This document shows, one piece after another, positions 13,084 through 24,802 of a DNA stretch of 64,000 nt. The stretch is from Macrostomum lignano. Taxonomy: Eukaryota. The stretch's first letter is position 1, and the number at the start of each line of letters is the position of its first letter. The notes under the pieces are model-generated. The model searched no databases, was not told where the DNA came from, and worked only from the letters and a program-made list of their open reading frames with translations. Where the stretch lies: positions 1 to 64,000 of the forward strand of contig NIVC01003333.1 in the NCBI GenBank assembly GCA_002269645.1, given 5' to 3'. Made by a program: the position numbers and the translations under genes.

Positions 13084-13093
13084 CCAAATATGG
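13084..13093. promoter_or_regulatory. CArG box (SRF site) CCAAATATGG
   Basis: Exact CC(A/T)6GG match in a GC-rich non-repetitive stretch about 5 kb upstream of the IER/SERTA-like gene; function not shown. Confidence 0.3.
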
Positions 13094-13564
13094 CAGCTCA
13101 GGCCTAGCACAGGCTTCCTCTCGCCCTGCCTTCCCTACTGCCCAAATCCCTCGCCCTAGCAACCCGAGAGCTTCCTCCCCACCCACGCAGGGCCGGCGCC
13201 TGCGTGGGGCAGGACGACAGCAGCGCCAAGCATTTGCTGCATGCACTTCTGCCCCGCTGCAAAACTGCTTGGCTTTGCGTTTCACCGAGCGCGCAAAAAC
13301 ATTTGGCTTTGACCCGAAACTGCTGACGCCAGCCCCCACACGCTCCCACTGAATGAGCTGAGCTCAGCGACTTTGCTACAGCTCCAATTAGTAGTGCAAG
13401 GCTCTGAGGATCTGCTGTTGCCGGGCTCTTTGCAATTCCTCACTGGAACTTAAAGTGAAACGGAAAAGTTTTGGCAAAAGGAAAAGTCTCTTTTTGATTG
13501 CTTCTAATCTGCTTTAAATCACGAAAAATTTAAGTGAGCGAAATCGGTCAGTTTTCTCAGCTTG

Positions 13565-14460
13565 TCTGCTTCACTCACTCTCCCTGCCTCCCTCACTCTC
13601 ACTCATCTGCCTCCCTCACTCACCTGACTCCCTCACTCACCTGCCTCCCTCACTCTCACTCTTCTGCCTCCCTCACTCTCACTCTTCTGCCTCCATCACT
13701 CACCTGCCTCCCTTCTCATTCATCTGCCTCCCTCACTCACCTGCCTCCCTTCTCACTCATCTGCCTCCCTCACTCATCTGCCTCCCTCACTCATCTGCCT
13801 CCCTCACTCATCTGCCTCCCTCACTCACCTGCCTCCCTCACTCACCTGCCTCCCTCACTCACTTGCCTCCCTCACTCACCTGCCTCCCTCACTCACCTGC
13901 CTCCCTCACTCACCTGCCTCCCTCACTCTCACCCATCGGCCTCTCTCACTCATCTGCCTCCCTCACTCACCTTCCTCACTCATTCATCTGCCTCCCTCAC
14001 TCATCTGCCTCCCTCACTCTCATTCATCTGCCTCCCTCACTCACCTGCCTCCCTCACTCATCTGCCTCCTCACTCACCTGCCTCCCTCACTCACCTGCCT
14101 CCCTCACTCACTCATCTGCCTCCCTCACTCACCTGCCTCCCTCACTCACCTGCCTCCCTCACTCACTCATCTGCCTCCCTCACTCACCTGCCTCCCTCAC
14201 TCATCTGCCTCCTCACTCACCTGCCTCCCTCACTCACCTGCCTCCCTCACTCACTCATCTGCCTCCCTCACTCACCTGCCTCCCTCACTCATCTGCCTCC
14301 CTCACTCACCTGCCTCCCTCACTCACCTGCCTCCCTCACTCACCCGCCTCCCTCACTCACTCACCTGCCTCCCTCACTTACTCACCTGCCTCCCTCACTC
14401 ACCCGCCTCCCTCACTCACTCATCTGCCTCCCTCACTTACTCACCTGCCTCCCTCACTCT
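13565..14460. repeat. ~17-bp minisatellite (CTCACTCACCTGCCTCC)
   Basis: About 50 degenerate copies; source of the 331-aa and 209-aa spurious ORFs. Confidence 0.95.
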
Positions 14461-15106
14461 CCCTGCTTTTATTTCGACTTCGCTCCCGTTAGCGGGAAGA
14501 TCTTAGTCCTGGAACACCTGTCCCTTTGATTGGTGCACAGGTGTCCATATGTTTTGCCAATATCATAATTGCAAGCGGGTCCTCATCGCCAAAATGCAAA
14601 CACTCGACGCCTGAAAAATTAATCTTGAGATTGACGGCCAATCTCAATTTCCAAATTCTTTGAACAGAACAAACAGCCTCTTCTAGGCGACGATGCAATC
14701 AAATCCCGTAGAGAAAATTCATCTCTTGAAATTTGCCAAGCCAAGCAATTTTTGTCTCTCGTAGAATTTTCAGTTCTTTGAAATTGCCTTATTTAGTTTC
14801 GCTATTTTAAAAATGTTCTATATCTTTTACTGATGTAGTAAAATAGTAGCACGATATGTATTTTATTCTATTTTTTATGATTCACGTACTGTCTAATGGA
14901 ATCAAAAGAAGAGCCATGATGATATGTAATAACATTTTTTAAACTTCTGGTCCAGGAAGCGTTGTATTCGCGATTTGAGGGTGTAACACAAAAATTGTCT
15001 CAAGGCAGTTACCTTCCGCGAAACAATACATTTATACACTGCCAACTCAATTGTCTAGGTCTAATATCATATCATTGTAGCAAGTAAACAAAATTCAGAG
15101 GTGACA

Positions 15107-16004
15107 TTAGGGCGGCGGGGTCTTCCAGATAAGGTAAACCCGGTTGCCAAGCTTGAAGAAGAAGCTCATCTCCGGCTCGTGGCTGTAGCTGGCAAAGTAT
15201 TGGCCCATCACTATGACCACCTGCCATAGCTTGCCGAACTCAGCATCCAGGTGCTGCTTGATGTCGTTGGAGATGTCGCGCTCGTCGCGGAACCGGCCGG
15301 AAGCGCGTCGGACAGTCTCCACGATGATGACCTGCATCCACTCTGCCATGCTGGAGCTGATCACCGTGACCTCGGCCGGTAGCCCGCCCTGCACCTTGCG
15401 ACGATACATGCGCCTGCGGACGGGATTCCGCTACGTCTAAGTACGAGCGCGTAGGATTAACATATCTGTAGCACCATCGAGGGTTGCACAGATCCCAAGA
15501 AGTTTTTATATATAAGTTTTTATCTGCGAGCTACTGAAAAACGATTCCAAACACCCCAAAGGACACCAAATAAAGGATTCCGAGTACTCGTACTATCATA
15601 TTTCTTACGCATTTTTCATTTGCAGTCCAAGTACTTCACAGAACTCGTCCAAGCTGATGACACCATCGCTGTTTAAGTCGAACATTTTGAGCCATTTCTG
15701 TGAATTTGATAGAAATGGTGGGTTGCTGACTAAAATATGCACATGCAGAGAAAGACATATATACAGGCAGACAGGTAAATAGACAGCTCACTTTGATGAA
15801 GCTCTCCTGAAAGTTGTTCTTCTTCATGTAGTTCCGCAGCTCCTCGACCGTGATGGTTTCGCTGCCGTCCTCGTCAATGGCGATGAAGGCATCCAGGAAG
15901 GGGTTCGCCTCAATGACGGGCTCGTCCGGCTTCGCGGTGGGTGGCGGCGAGCGCAGGTGGTGCGTGTGGCGGTAGACGCTCGCCAGGTCCGGCTTGGCTT
16001 CCAT
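15107..16004 (-). CDS. Tegument allergen-like (TAL) protein: two EF-hands plus C-terminal dynein-light-chain-like domain, 202 aa, 3 exons (16004-15792, 15697-15609, 15413-15107)
   Basis: GT-AG introns 15791-15698 (phase 0) and 15608-15414 (phase 2) join into one open frame. EF loops DEDGSETITVEE and DLNSDGVISLDE. DLC-like end LDAEFGKLWQVVIVMGQYFASYSHEPEMSFFFKLGNRVYLIWKTP parallels the Schistosoma Sm22.6 C-terminus as recalled. Confidence 0.92.
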
Positions 16005-17179
16005 GGCCTCACAGGGTCCAACTCGGCTGATCGAGCTTCGGCTTTGAGTCCGTCTCAAAGTTGTTGGAGCGTTTCAAAATGGGCGCTGCTGTCTGGGCCT
16101 CTCCTGGTGTCTCTCGTGTCTCCTTCGCTGTCTGGCCTCTGCGTTTTAACCACCAGTGCAGCCCTCCGTCTCGCAGTGCTTGGGCGGCCCCACCCACCCC
16201 GCCCCTTCATCACCCGCACTAAATATTCCAGCACGTCCCACCCCTGCACCCTGTCTGCTATTGTATGAAAGCGCCTGAATGAGCCCGAGCAGCTCCTCCT
16301 ACCCAGGGCTTCTCTCTCTCTCTCTCTCTCCCTCTCTCTCTGAATTGCATTTTGATAAGTTGCCCAACATTGCACGGCGGCCTGATGCGAAGCGCTTGCA
16401 GCTCGGCTGCTTGTTTATGGCTATTAGCAAGTATTTTTTATTCTTGTCATCTTTTAAAGATGGGCTTTTGGCCAATTCAGCAGCTACGAAGCAGTCAGCT
16501 GATTTCACAGAATATACCTTTATGTGGATTTCACACAAAAACTATTAAATTTCTTAATCTGAGTTGCTCATTCAGCAGGATTTTCTTCTAGGGGTTATGG
16601 GCTCTGACCAACTTTGCTGTCAAGAGGAGAGAATAAACTTCCCAATTGATGAAGAACTCCGATTTCGACGCTATGGCATCAATTCTTAGAAAGTCGGCGC
16701 TCTCAAAGCGTTGCAAAGTGTGCTGTTTTAACACAGATTCCAGCCGCGTTGAAATTCAGCGCACTCAAGCAGCTCTTAGCGGCCATAAATCTTGCTGCGC
16801 CTCGCTCTGATTCAATGTGAACTGGCAGTGCTAAATATTCTGCTCTCAAGGGGCTTCTGTTTCGGCACAATAAGCAATTTTATGCCAGGTAGCATTTTCC
16901 ATTCCAAAGGCGCCCCAAGACAAGAGTTTTGTCTTGCAGGCAGGGTGCGGCTTTTTGGAATTTTGTGGAAATTACTCAACTTATTTATTTCGGGACTGCG
17001 TGTTCGGGTCAGGTGCAGTTGTAGGTGCAGCAGCAGGCTTGTTAGAATGCAGCTCACTTTGCATGCGCAAGCCTCACTGGCAACCTCTAGGCTAGGGGAA
17101 TTCGAGACTGAGACACCGCCCCGATTGCGATGGCGATGGAGAGTAGGGGTAGCATTATCATTCTCATAGGGGTATGAGA

Positions 17180-17635
17180 ATAGGAGAGAGAAGGAGAGGG
17201 AGAGAAGGAGAGAGGGAGACGGAGAGAAGGGGAGGGGGAGAAAGAGAGGGAGAGAAGGGAAGGAGAGGGAGTGAAGGAGAGTGAGAGAAGGAGAGGGAGA
17301 GAAGGAGAGAGAGAGAAGAAGAGGGAGAGAAGGAGAGGGAGAGAAGGAGAGTGAGAGAAGGAGAGTGAGAGAAGGAGAGTGAGAGAAGGAGAGGGAGTGA
17401 AGGAGAGTGAGAGAAGGAGAGTGAGAGAAGGAGAGTGAGAGAAGGAGAGGGAGTGAAGGAGAGTGAGAGAAGGAGAGTGAGAGGAGAGGGAGAGAAGGAG
17501 AGGGAGTGAAGGAGAGTGAGAGAAGGAAAGAGAGAGAAGGAGAGAGAGAAGAAGAGGGAGTGAAGGAGAGTGAGAGAAGGAGAGAGAAGAAGAGGGAGAG
17601 AAGAAGAGGGAGAGAAGGAGAGGGAGGGGATAGAA
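17180..17635. repeat. GA-rich purine minisatellite (GAGAAGGAGAGTGA-type)
   Basis: Almost purely purine tract with 14-18 nt periodicity. Confidence 0.9.
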
Positions 17636-18103
17636 AATAGGAGAGAACCGTGGGTTGGATTGCAGAGCCATGTTTTAAAAAAATCCTGTCAAAGATTATC
17701 ACAGTGAGAGAAGTCAGGCAGGGGAGAGACTGGTTATAGAAAATGACAGGGAAGGTCAGGGAGAAGAAGAAGCTGTTTTTCGCAGCCCAGAAACCTGACT
17801 CAGCTGCAGCGCTACTTCTACTTCCAGCCTGGTTTATCTGCTCTGATTTTAGCGCCAGACTGGGGCGGCTGAGTGACCGAAGACAAGGATTTATTGAAAC
17901 CAGACTGACAGGAGCAGTCGAACGGGCAGCTGAAATGTCGAGCTTTGCAAATATTGACCCCACCTGCCTGCCAGCCCGACTTCACTGACGGGTTCGGGCA
18001 TTTATTCGTGGGACAGGATATGCGGTGAGCTGGCGTTGGCACAGCCGCAATGCAAACCGTAGAAAAGGTCGGCTACAAAACCTGCCTCAAGACTCAAGAT
18101 GTC

Positions 18104-18660
18104 CCTGAGTCGGGTATCCTGAGTCAGGATACCCGACTCAGGATACCCGACTCAGGATACCCGACTCAGGATACCCGACTCAGGATACCCGACTCAGGAT
18201 ACCCGACTCAGGATACCCGACTCAGGATACCCGACTCAGGATACCCGACTCAGGATACCCGACTCAGGATACCCGACTCAGGATACCCGACTCAAGATAC
18301 CCGACTCAGGGTACCCGACTCAGGATACCCGACTCAAGATACACGACTCAGGATACCCGACTCAGGATACCCGACTCAGGATACCCGACTCAGGATACCC
18401 GACTCAGGATACCCGAATCAGGATACCCGACTCAGGATACCCGACTCAGGATACCCGACTCAGGATACCCGACTCAGGATACCCGACTCAGGATACCCGA
18501 CTCAGGATACCCGACTCAGGATACCCGACTCAAGATACCCGACTCAGGGCACCCGACTCAGGATACCCGACTCAAGATACCCGACTCAGGGTACCCGACT
18601 CAGGATACCCGACTCAAGATACCCGACTCAAGATACACGACTCAGGATACCCGACTCAGC
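18104..18660. repeat. 14-bp minisatellite (ACTCAGGATACCCG) starting with an inverted copy
   Basis: About 38 copies; the left end 18104-18142 is a 19-bp-arm palindrome. Confidence 0.95.
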
Positions 18661-19483
18661 TCAGTCCATATGCCATTTATCATGCTATGCCTGGGATTTG
18701 ACACCCAAAATCAAGAGATGTGAATGAAGTTTTTCTATTCCAGATAGACTGGCTCACAAATACCCTGATTCAGAATGAGCCATAAGCTTTTAATCTTCAC
18801 TTGAATCCAAACAGGTGTTTGGCAGAGATCAATCAGCCTAATAATCGAAATCCTCAGATTGGCGCAAAATTTCCCTGCATAGACGGAGTAGCAAAAGTGG
18901 CGATGGATTGCAGTTGAGACAATGCTGAATGGCACTCGGAGCACTCAGCAGTCGTGTTTTGCGATTCAACAGCAAAGCCACTCAGCCTTGCGCTCAACGG
19001 GACTCAATGCTGGGAAATCGAGAAGGTGAGGCCTTTCAACCGGGGCTTTTGAGTCTGGCAAATGAAGCCCCCCTGAGCCAGCTGCCACCTGCTTCCCTTC
19101 AGGAGTTTTTCACGAAAATGCATCAACAGAGCGACAGGACCCTGACTGCTCAGGGGCTTCCAAGGTTCGAGAGGCAACTCTTTGGACAGCTGATGCTGTT
19201 TTTATCCCAAGGGTAAAAAATCGCCACTTGTGAAGCTGTTTATCCCCGGCGAGGAGGAGCGGTCAAGTCGACGCCATTTCGAATGCCGATATGAAAATAA
19301 TAACTTAGCACTCTTGGGCTGATGGTGCCCCAGCATGGTAGAAATCTGAAGTGAAATTGAGGCCAAATTCTGCCCAGGTTTGTCCTTCTTCATCAGCTGG
19401 ATGAAGTCGTCATCGACTGGGTTGCTTTCACAAGCTCAGAATTTCGTATCGTTGAAAAAAAATCGGCTTTTGTTGTTGAAGTT

Positions 19484-19800
19484 TCAAGCTTATGAAGGTT
19501 CGAGCTTATGAAGTTTTGAGCTTATGAAGGTTCGAGCTTATGAAGGTTCGAGCTTATGAAGGTTCGAGCTTATGAAGGTTCGAGCTTATGAAGGTTCGAG
19601 CTTATGAAGTTTTGAGCTTATGAAGGTTCGAGCTTATGAAGGTTCGAGCTTATGAAGGTTCGAGCTTATGAAGGTTGGAGCTTATGAAGGTTCGAGCTTA
19701 TGAAGGTTCGAGCTTATGAAGGTTCGAGCTTATGAAGGTTCGAGCTTATGAAGGTTGGAGCTTATGAAGGTTGGAGCTTATGAAGGTTCGAGCTTATGAA
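19484..19800. repeat. 16-bp minisatellite (TTCGAGCTTATGAAGG)
   Basis: About 20 near-identical copies. Confidence 0.95.
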
Positions 19801-20411
19801 AACGCTCCTTGAGACCTGAAGAAACTCGGCAAGCTTCCTTCAAGCTGAACAATAGATGCGACACGAGAAACGGAGTGATAAAGAAGGTGAGAAAAGGGAA
19901 AGAAGGCGAGGATGAGGCCGGAGGTGGCTGCCAGCGCTGACGCGGAGTCCCAGAGCGGCGAAAGCCCTCGGACAAGCCAGGAATTGGAAATTTGCGACAA
20001 AATCCCAGGAAACCGTCAGCGCAGAGCCTGTCGGAAATTTCCAGAAAATGAAGGAAAACACCGACACCCCCAGTGGCCGGCTCAGCTGCCTCAGGGGCGG
20101 CCCGTCCTTCCGCTCCACTAATTTGGCCTGGCAGGAAGGCCAGGTGAGGCGGAGTATCTTCTTCCTCTGCTTGAAGCTCCGGCTGTCTGAAATTGCCTTC
20201 CTGTTTGGCTCGCCCAGCTGAGGCCGAGGGCTCTGCCGCTGCAGCTGCTGCCGAAGTGTCTGAGAGGGTCTTCAAGTTTTCTCTGTCTGCCTCTCAGCAC
20301 GCAAAATATGACTGACACTCCTTCGCCTCGAGAATTCACATTTCCACTGCAGAGCAGTCAACAACTGCATGCCTCACAGCGGTATGGTGCACTGAGGCCC
20401 TGTTTGCATCC

Positions 20412-21070
20412 GAGCTGGGGACGGAGGCTAAGGGGGGGGGGCGCCACGACCCCTGGTTGGATCTGTACATACTCAATATATATGCAGAGCTGGGGACGGA
20501 GGCTAAGGGGGGCGCCACGACCCCTGGTTGGATCTGTACATACTCAATATATATGCAGAGCTGGGGACGGAGGCTAAGGGGGGGGGCGCCACGACCCCTG
20601 GTTGGATCTGTACATACTCAATATATATGCAGAGCTGGGGACGGAGGCTAAGGGGGGGCGCCACGACCCCTGGTTGGATCTGTACATACTCAATATATAT
20701 GCAGAGCTGGGGACGGAGGCTAAGGGGGGCGCCACGACCCCTGGTTGGATCTGTACATACTCAATATATATGCAGAGCTGGGGACGGAGGCTAAGGGGGC
20801 GCCACGACCCCTGGTTGGATCTGTACATACTCAATATATATGCAGAGCTGGGGACGGAGGCTAAGGGGGGGCGCCACGACCCCTGGTTGGATCTGTACAT
20901 ACTCAATATATATGCAGAGCTGGGGACGGAGGCTAAGGGGGGGGCGCCACGACCCCTGGTTGGATCTGTACATACTCAATATATATGCAGAGCTGGGGAC
21001 GGAGGCTAAGGGGGGCGCCACGACCCCTGGTTGGATCTGTACATACTCAATATATATGCAGAGCTGGGGA
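20412..21070. repeat. ~72-bp minisatellite, about 9 copies
   Basis: Units GAGCTGGGGACGGAGGCTAA(G)nCGCCACGACCCCTGG...ATATATGCA differ only in G-run length. Confidence 0.95.
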
Positions 21071-22311
21071 TGTAGACTGTACGCTTATTGGTAGAAACTG
21101 CAAGTACACACAACTCGAAAAACATTTTAGAACTTTCACCGGTGATGGCGCAATCTTAATACATCTAAAAGCTGTGGCGTGGCAGCTGCATATTGATCAG
21201 ATAATGAGAGCTTTCAGCCTCCACATCATCTGGTCAAGAGGATGGACGAAATGAATTTCGGAACTTTGAATCTTCCAAACTATAATTCCCCTAGTGCGCG
21301 CTAGTGCGCCCAAATCACTGACCGTATATGGAAGCTTGGAAAGCTGAAATAAATTTTGTTATTGACTTTTAGACTCAATCCCATGTTCTCACATATTTCT
21401 CAGACCGACTGCGCAGCAGCCTCTGGCTGCGCTGATTGGCTCTGCCCGATGCAGTGGATCTGCGCCCAGCATGATAACTGCCGCTTGGCCAGCATCCCTC
21501 ATCATCGCTTGGCCAGAATCGGGTCTACGCAAGAGAAGCTACACCAGGCGGCAAACTCATTTTCAGCCTAATTGTAAGTTGCATTCGCGATGTATCATTC
21601 ATGCTAACAATTTACCTGCGATCCAAGCGTCACTTATATTGTAGATTCTCCATAGCTGATTTACGCAATCTGATGTAGATTTAAACTTCTCTGTAGATTA
21701 CAATACTGCATATGTACAGAATCTCTTTACAAATATCGTTGCCTCATTGGCGTAGGTGTGCTGAATCCTGTGCTAAGAATTTAATTTGACTTCAAATTGC
21801 GTGTTTGCAAAATCATCTGCAGACAAAATCGCAAGTCTCAAACATTATCCCCCAATGCACTTGTTGGCCCAGCTGTCCATCAGCTCAGACGCATGAACTG
21901 CCCGCCCCTGATTCCCGTAAAATTTAACTTCGTCACGATCGCTGGGGATGCAGCCGCCATTGTTCCAGCGTGGCGAGACGAGTGAGAAAGAATAGCCAAA
22001 AAATCCCAAATTCAGGTAAAAATAAGAGTGGCTTTCAGTCATCTAGCGGTGCTGCATAGAACTAATGCAGCCAGTAGTCAGCATTTCTCCATCAAGCAGA
22101 CAAGCAGGACTGTAAATAACAGGGTTCTCCACCGCTAATGCCATAGTGCGGGCCGTGCCGGGACAAAGGCGATCGGGGAGGCTCTATATTTAGCGAGTGC
22201 TGGCCAGACAGACATTCGCTCACCGAGTCGCATTTTGTCACGAAGTTCAAGTTCCATCGATAGACATCCCGCTTCTGCACACATTCAACTGATTTCAGCG
22301 ACCGCTTCAGC

Positions 22312-23715
22312 ATGACCAGCCTGTTCGAGAAGCTCGGCGCCGCGGGCGCCAACATGTCGCAAGATGACTTGAGCGCCCGGTTGAACACATTCAACCGCTG
22401 CTACATCGAGATGGAGCAGTCCGAGTTCTGTCGAAATATGCTGGACGACTACTTCGAAAATCAGGGCATGGGCTTCAAGCTGGGCATGATCACCGCCCTC
22501 GGCATGCTGTTCGCCTGTGGCGTCCTCGGCAACTTCCTCGTCATCTTCAGCATTCTGCTGTTCCCTTCAATGCGCTCTCGCACCAACATCTTCCTGCTGA
22601 ACCTGGCCGTCAGCGATCTGCTGGTGTTCCTCGTCTGCGTGCCGATCACCGTCTACAACCTGTTGCAGACGCGCTGGCACCTTGGTGTGGCCCTCTGCAA
22701 GCTGTCCCCCTTCCTGCAGTGCGTCTCTGTGTGCGTCAGCATCGGCTCCTTGGCTTCCATGTCCATCAAGCGCTACCTGGTGATCCGCTACCCCATGACG
22801 GCCAAGGAGCGACTCTCCAACCGGGTCATGTGCCTCTGGATGGCGGCCATTTGGACTCTCGCCGCTCTCATTAGCAGCCCCATCGCTGCCGTGCACCGGA
22901 TCACCGAGCACCAGCTGTTCTGGAAGACCTCCATCCTGTCCTGCCAGGAGGAGTGGGCATCGCCAGCCAACAAGCTTGCCTACACGCTGTTCCTGTTCAT
23001 CGCACTGTACATGGCCCCCCTCATCGCCATGGCCATCTTCTACTCAATGCTGGGCCGCACTCTCGTCTCCACGGTAAAGTTCACTCGACAGGTGACCAAC
23101 GAGACGCACCAGAACAGCCTCCGCGCAGTGAGCCGGGGGCGAGTCAAGGTCAGCAAGATGATGATCGCCCTGCTGATGGCCTTCGCCGTGTGCTGGCTGC
23201 CGCATTACGTAGTCATGATCTACATGGACCTGCGCCAGCTGCGCGGCTCCGAGCTGCTCTCCACCGGCAACGCCACCGAGCCTTCAGCAGCAAACGCAAA
23301 CGACAGCCAGGTGGGGCGCGTCTACGTTGCCATGACAACGGCCCTGCCAATCACGCTGCTGATGAGCTACGCCAACAGCGCAATTAACCCTCTCTGCCTG
23401 CTGCTTATCAGCTCGAAGTTCAAAAAGTACTTCAGGCTGATCCTGACATGCAAGTGTGATGCCGAATCCAGAGCTGCCAGGGCCAGGACTGAGCAGCTGC
23501 AGCTGCACTCGTACTGCTCGCGCCAGCAGCACCAGCAGCACCAGCAGCACCAGCAGCACCAGCAGCTGCTGCATCCTCATCAAGAGTCACCAAATCACCA
23601 GCAGCACCAGCAGCTGTTGCATCCTCATCAAGATTCACCAAATCACCAGCAGCACCAGGCTATAGTCAACCGGCCACAGGCTGAGGCTGAGGATGAGCCC
23701 GAGCGGCTCGAGTAA
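22312..23715 (+). CDS. Intronless class A (rhodopsin-like) neuropeptide GPCR, orexin/allatotropin-NPFF/SIFamide-CCK clade-like, 467 aa
   Basis: Seven hydrophobic segments with GN (TM1), LAVSD (TM2), C3.25 LCKL plus ECL2 SCQEEW, W4.50, YMAP (TM5), FAVCWLP (TM6), NSAINP (TM7). DRY is replaced by KRY and NPxxY by NPLCL. His/Gln-rich repetitive tail. Confidence 0.93.
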   Translation: MTSLFEKLGAAGANMSQDDLSARLNTFNRCYIEMEQSEFCRNMLDDYFENQGMGFKLGMITALGMLFACGVLGNFLVIFSILLFPSMRSRTNIFLLNLAVSDLLVFLVCVPITVYNLLQTRWHLGVALCKLSPFLQCVSVCVSIGSLASMSIKRYLVIRYPMTAKERLSNRVMCLWMAAIWTLAALISSPIAAVHRITEHQLFWKTSILSCQEEWASPANKLAYTLFLFIALYMAPLIAMAIFYSMLGRTLVSTVKFTRQVTNETHQNSLRAVSRGRVKVSKMMIALLMAFAVCWLPHYVVMIYMDLRQLRGSELLSTGNATEPSAANANDSQVGRVYVAMTTALPITLLMSYANSAINPLCLLLISSKFKKYFRLILTCKCDAESRAARARTEQLQLHSYCSRQQHQQHQQHQQHQQLLHPHQESPNHQQHQQLLHPHQDSPNHQQHQAIVNRPQAEAEDEPERLE

Positions 23716-24802
23716 ACTGACTCAAAATTGAATCGGAAGTGAAATCCGACTGCTGCCCCCGCTGGAAAACTGCCAGTTTGTCAGTTGTCATTCTCTACTC
23801 GCTCCCAGATCCCAGGCTCAGATGCATGACAATCCAGTGTCAGACAGCTGATCGATGCAACTGACTCCTGCATCCTCAGCTGCTGATTTTCTCAAGCTGA
23901 GCACATGATTTGGTCGGCTCTTTGTTCCAAATCAAATTTGCGCCCTTTTCAATCGCTTCATTCTTTCGATTCTAGCTCGTACCGAACATTCTTTTCTAGG
24001 GATGCTTTTTTATCACTATACTCATCTCTAACATGTATAAACTACACTATTAACCACTACTCATAAACTTTTCAAAAGCTTATTACTGTCGCTAGCAGCC
24101 CCATACTTCTGCATGGAACAGATGGGGCTGCTGGAGCTACTCAAACTGATGCTGAGCCCAGTCCGTAAACATGTGAACCCCATGCACACGCTTTCAAAAC
24201 ACATCCCTCACTGGCAGAGAGTGCAACCCGGATGACAGCTATTAGTCTTGTTGCTTATCCCTCTAATTAAAGTTGTTAAATAATCTTTCGTAAAAGTTTC
24301 CCGTAGCTGAGCGCCCAGCGACTGTTTGAATTTCATTTCACACACGAGGGGTCTCCGCTGCGCTCAGTTGACGCACGCAAAACTGCAGAGGAAATCACCA
24401 GCCAGCCCAGGCAGTTCCCTCAGTCCCACTGCCATCGAGAGGAGTTGATGAGGCCAACTTTGTCAGGATTCTGCCGGCTCCCTGGCCCGGAGACCGCTGC
24501 GCTGAGGGCTTCGCTCTGCTCTCCTGCCTTGCCTGCCATGACAAATTCGAATCTGACTGCCTCAACTGGCAGTCCTGTGCTCCCTCACTCCGCTGCTCCT
24601 GTTGCCATCAATTCATCATTTGCTTCCTGCTGGCGCTCGGCTTGTGCAGTCGGTGACGCCACTCTCTCTACTGACTCTCCGCTCTTGGAAATCTGCATGT
24701 TCCGAATGTGTATTGTGAAAGTCTTTGCAAACAATATTTTGCATGTCCCGTGCGATTCACTGCAAAATTAGAAAGCTGTCTGTTCAATGTCCACTGCACA
24801 GT

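Noticed and set aside
18929-20340. ORF fragments flanking the 16-bp array
   Set aside because: No recognisable domain or consistent splice structure.
20412-21070. CRISPR-like appearance of the 72-bp array and of the 161-bp units
   Set aside because: No unique spacers and no cas genes; eukaryotic context.
22461-23665. Alternative-frame and antisense ORFs over the GPCR (and over 7113-7937)
   Set aside because: Shadows of GC-rich coding sequence with no independent motifs.
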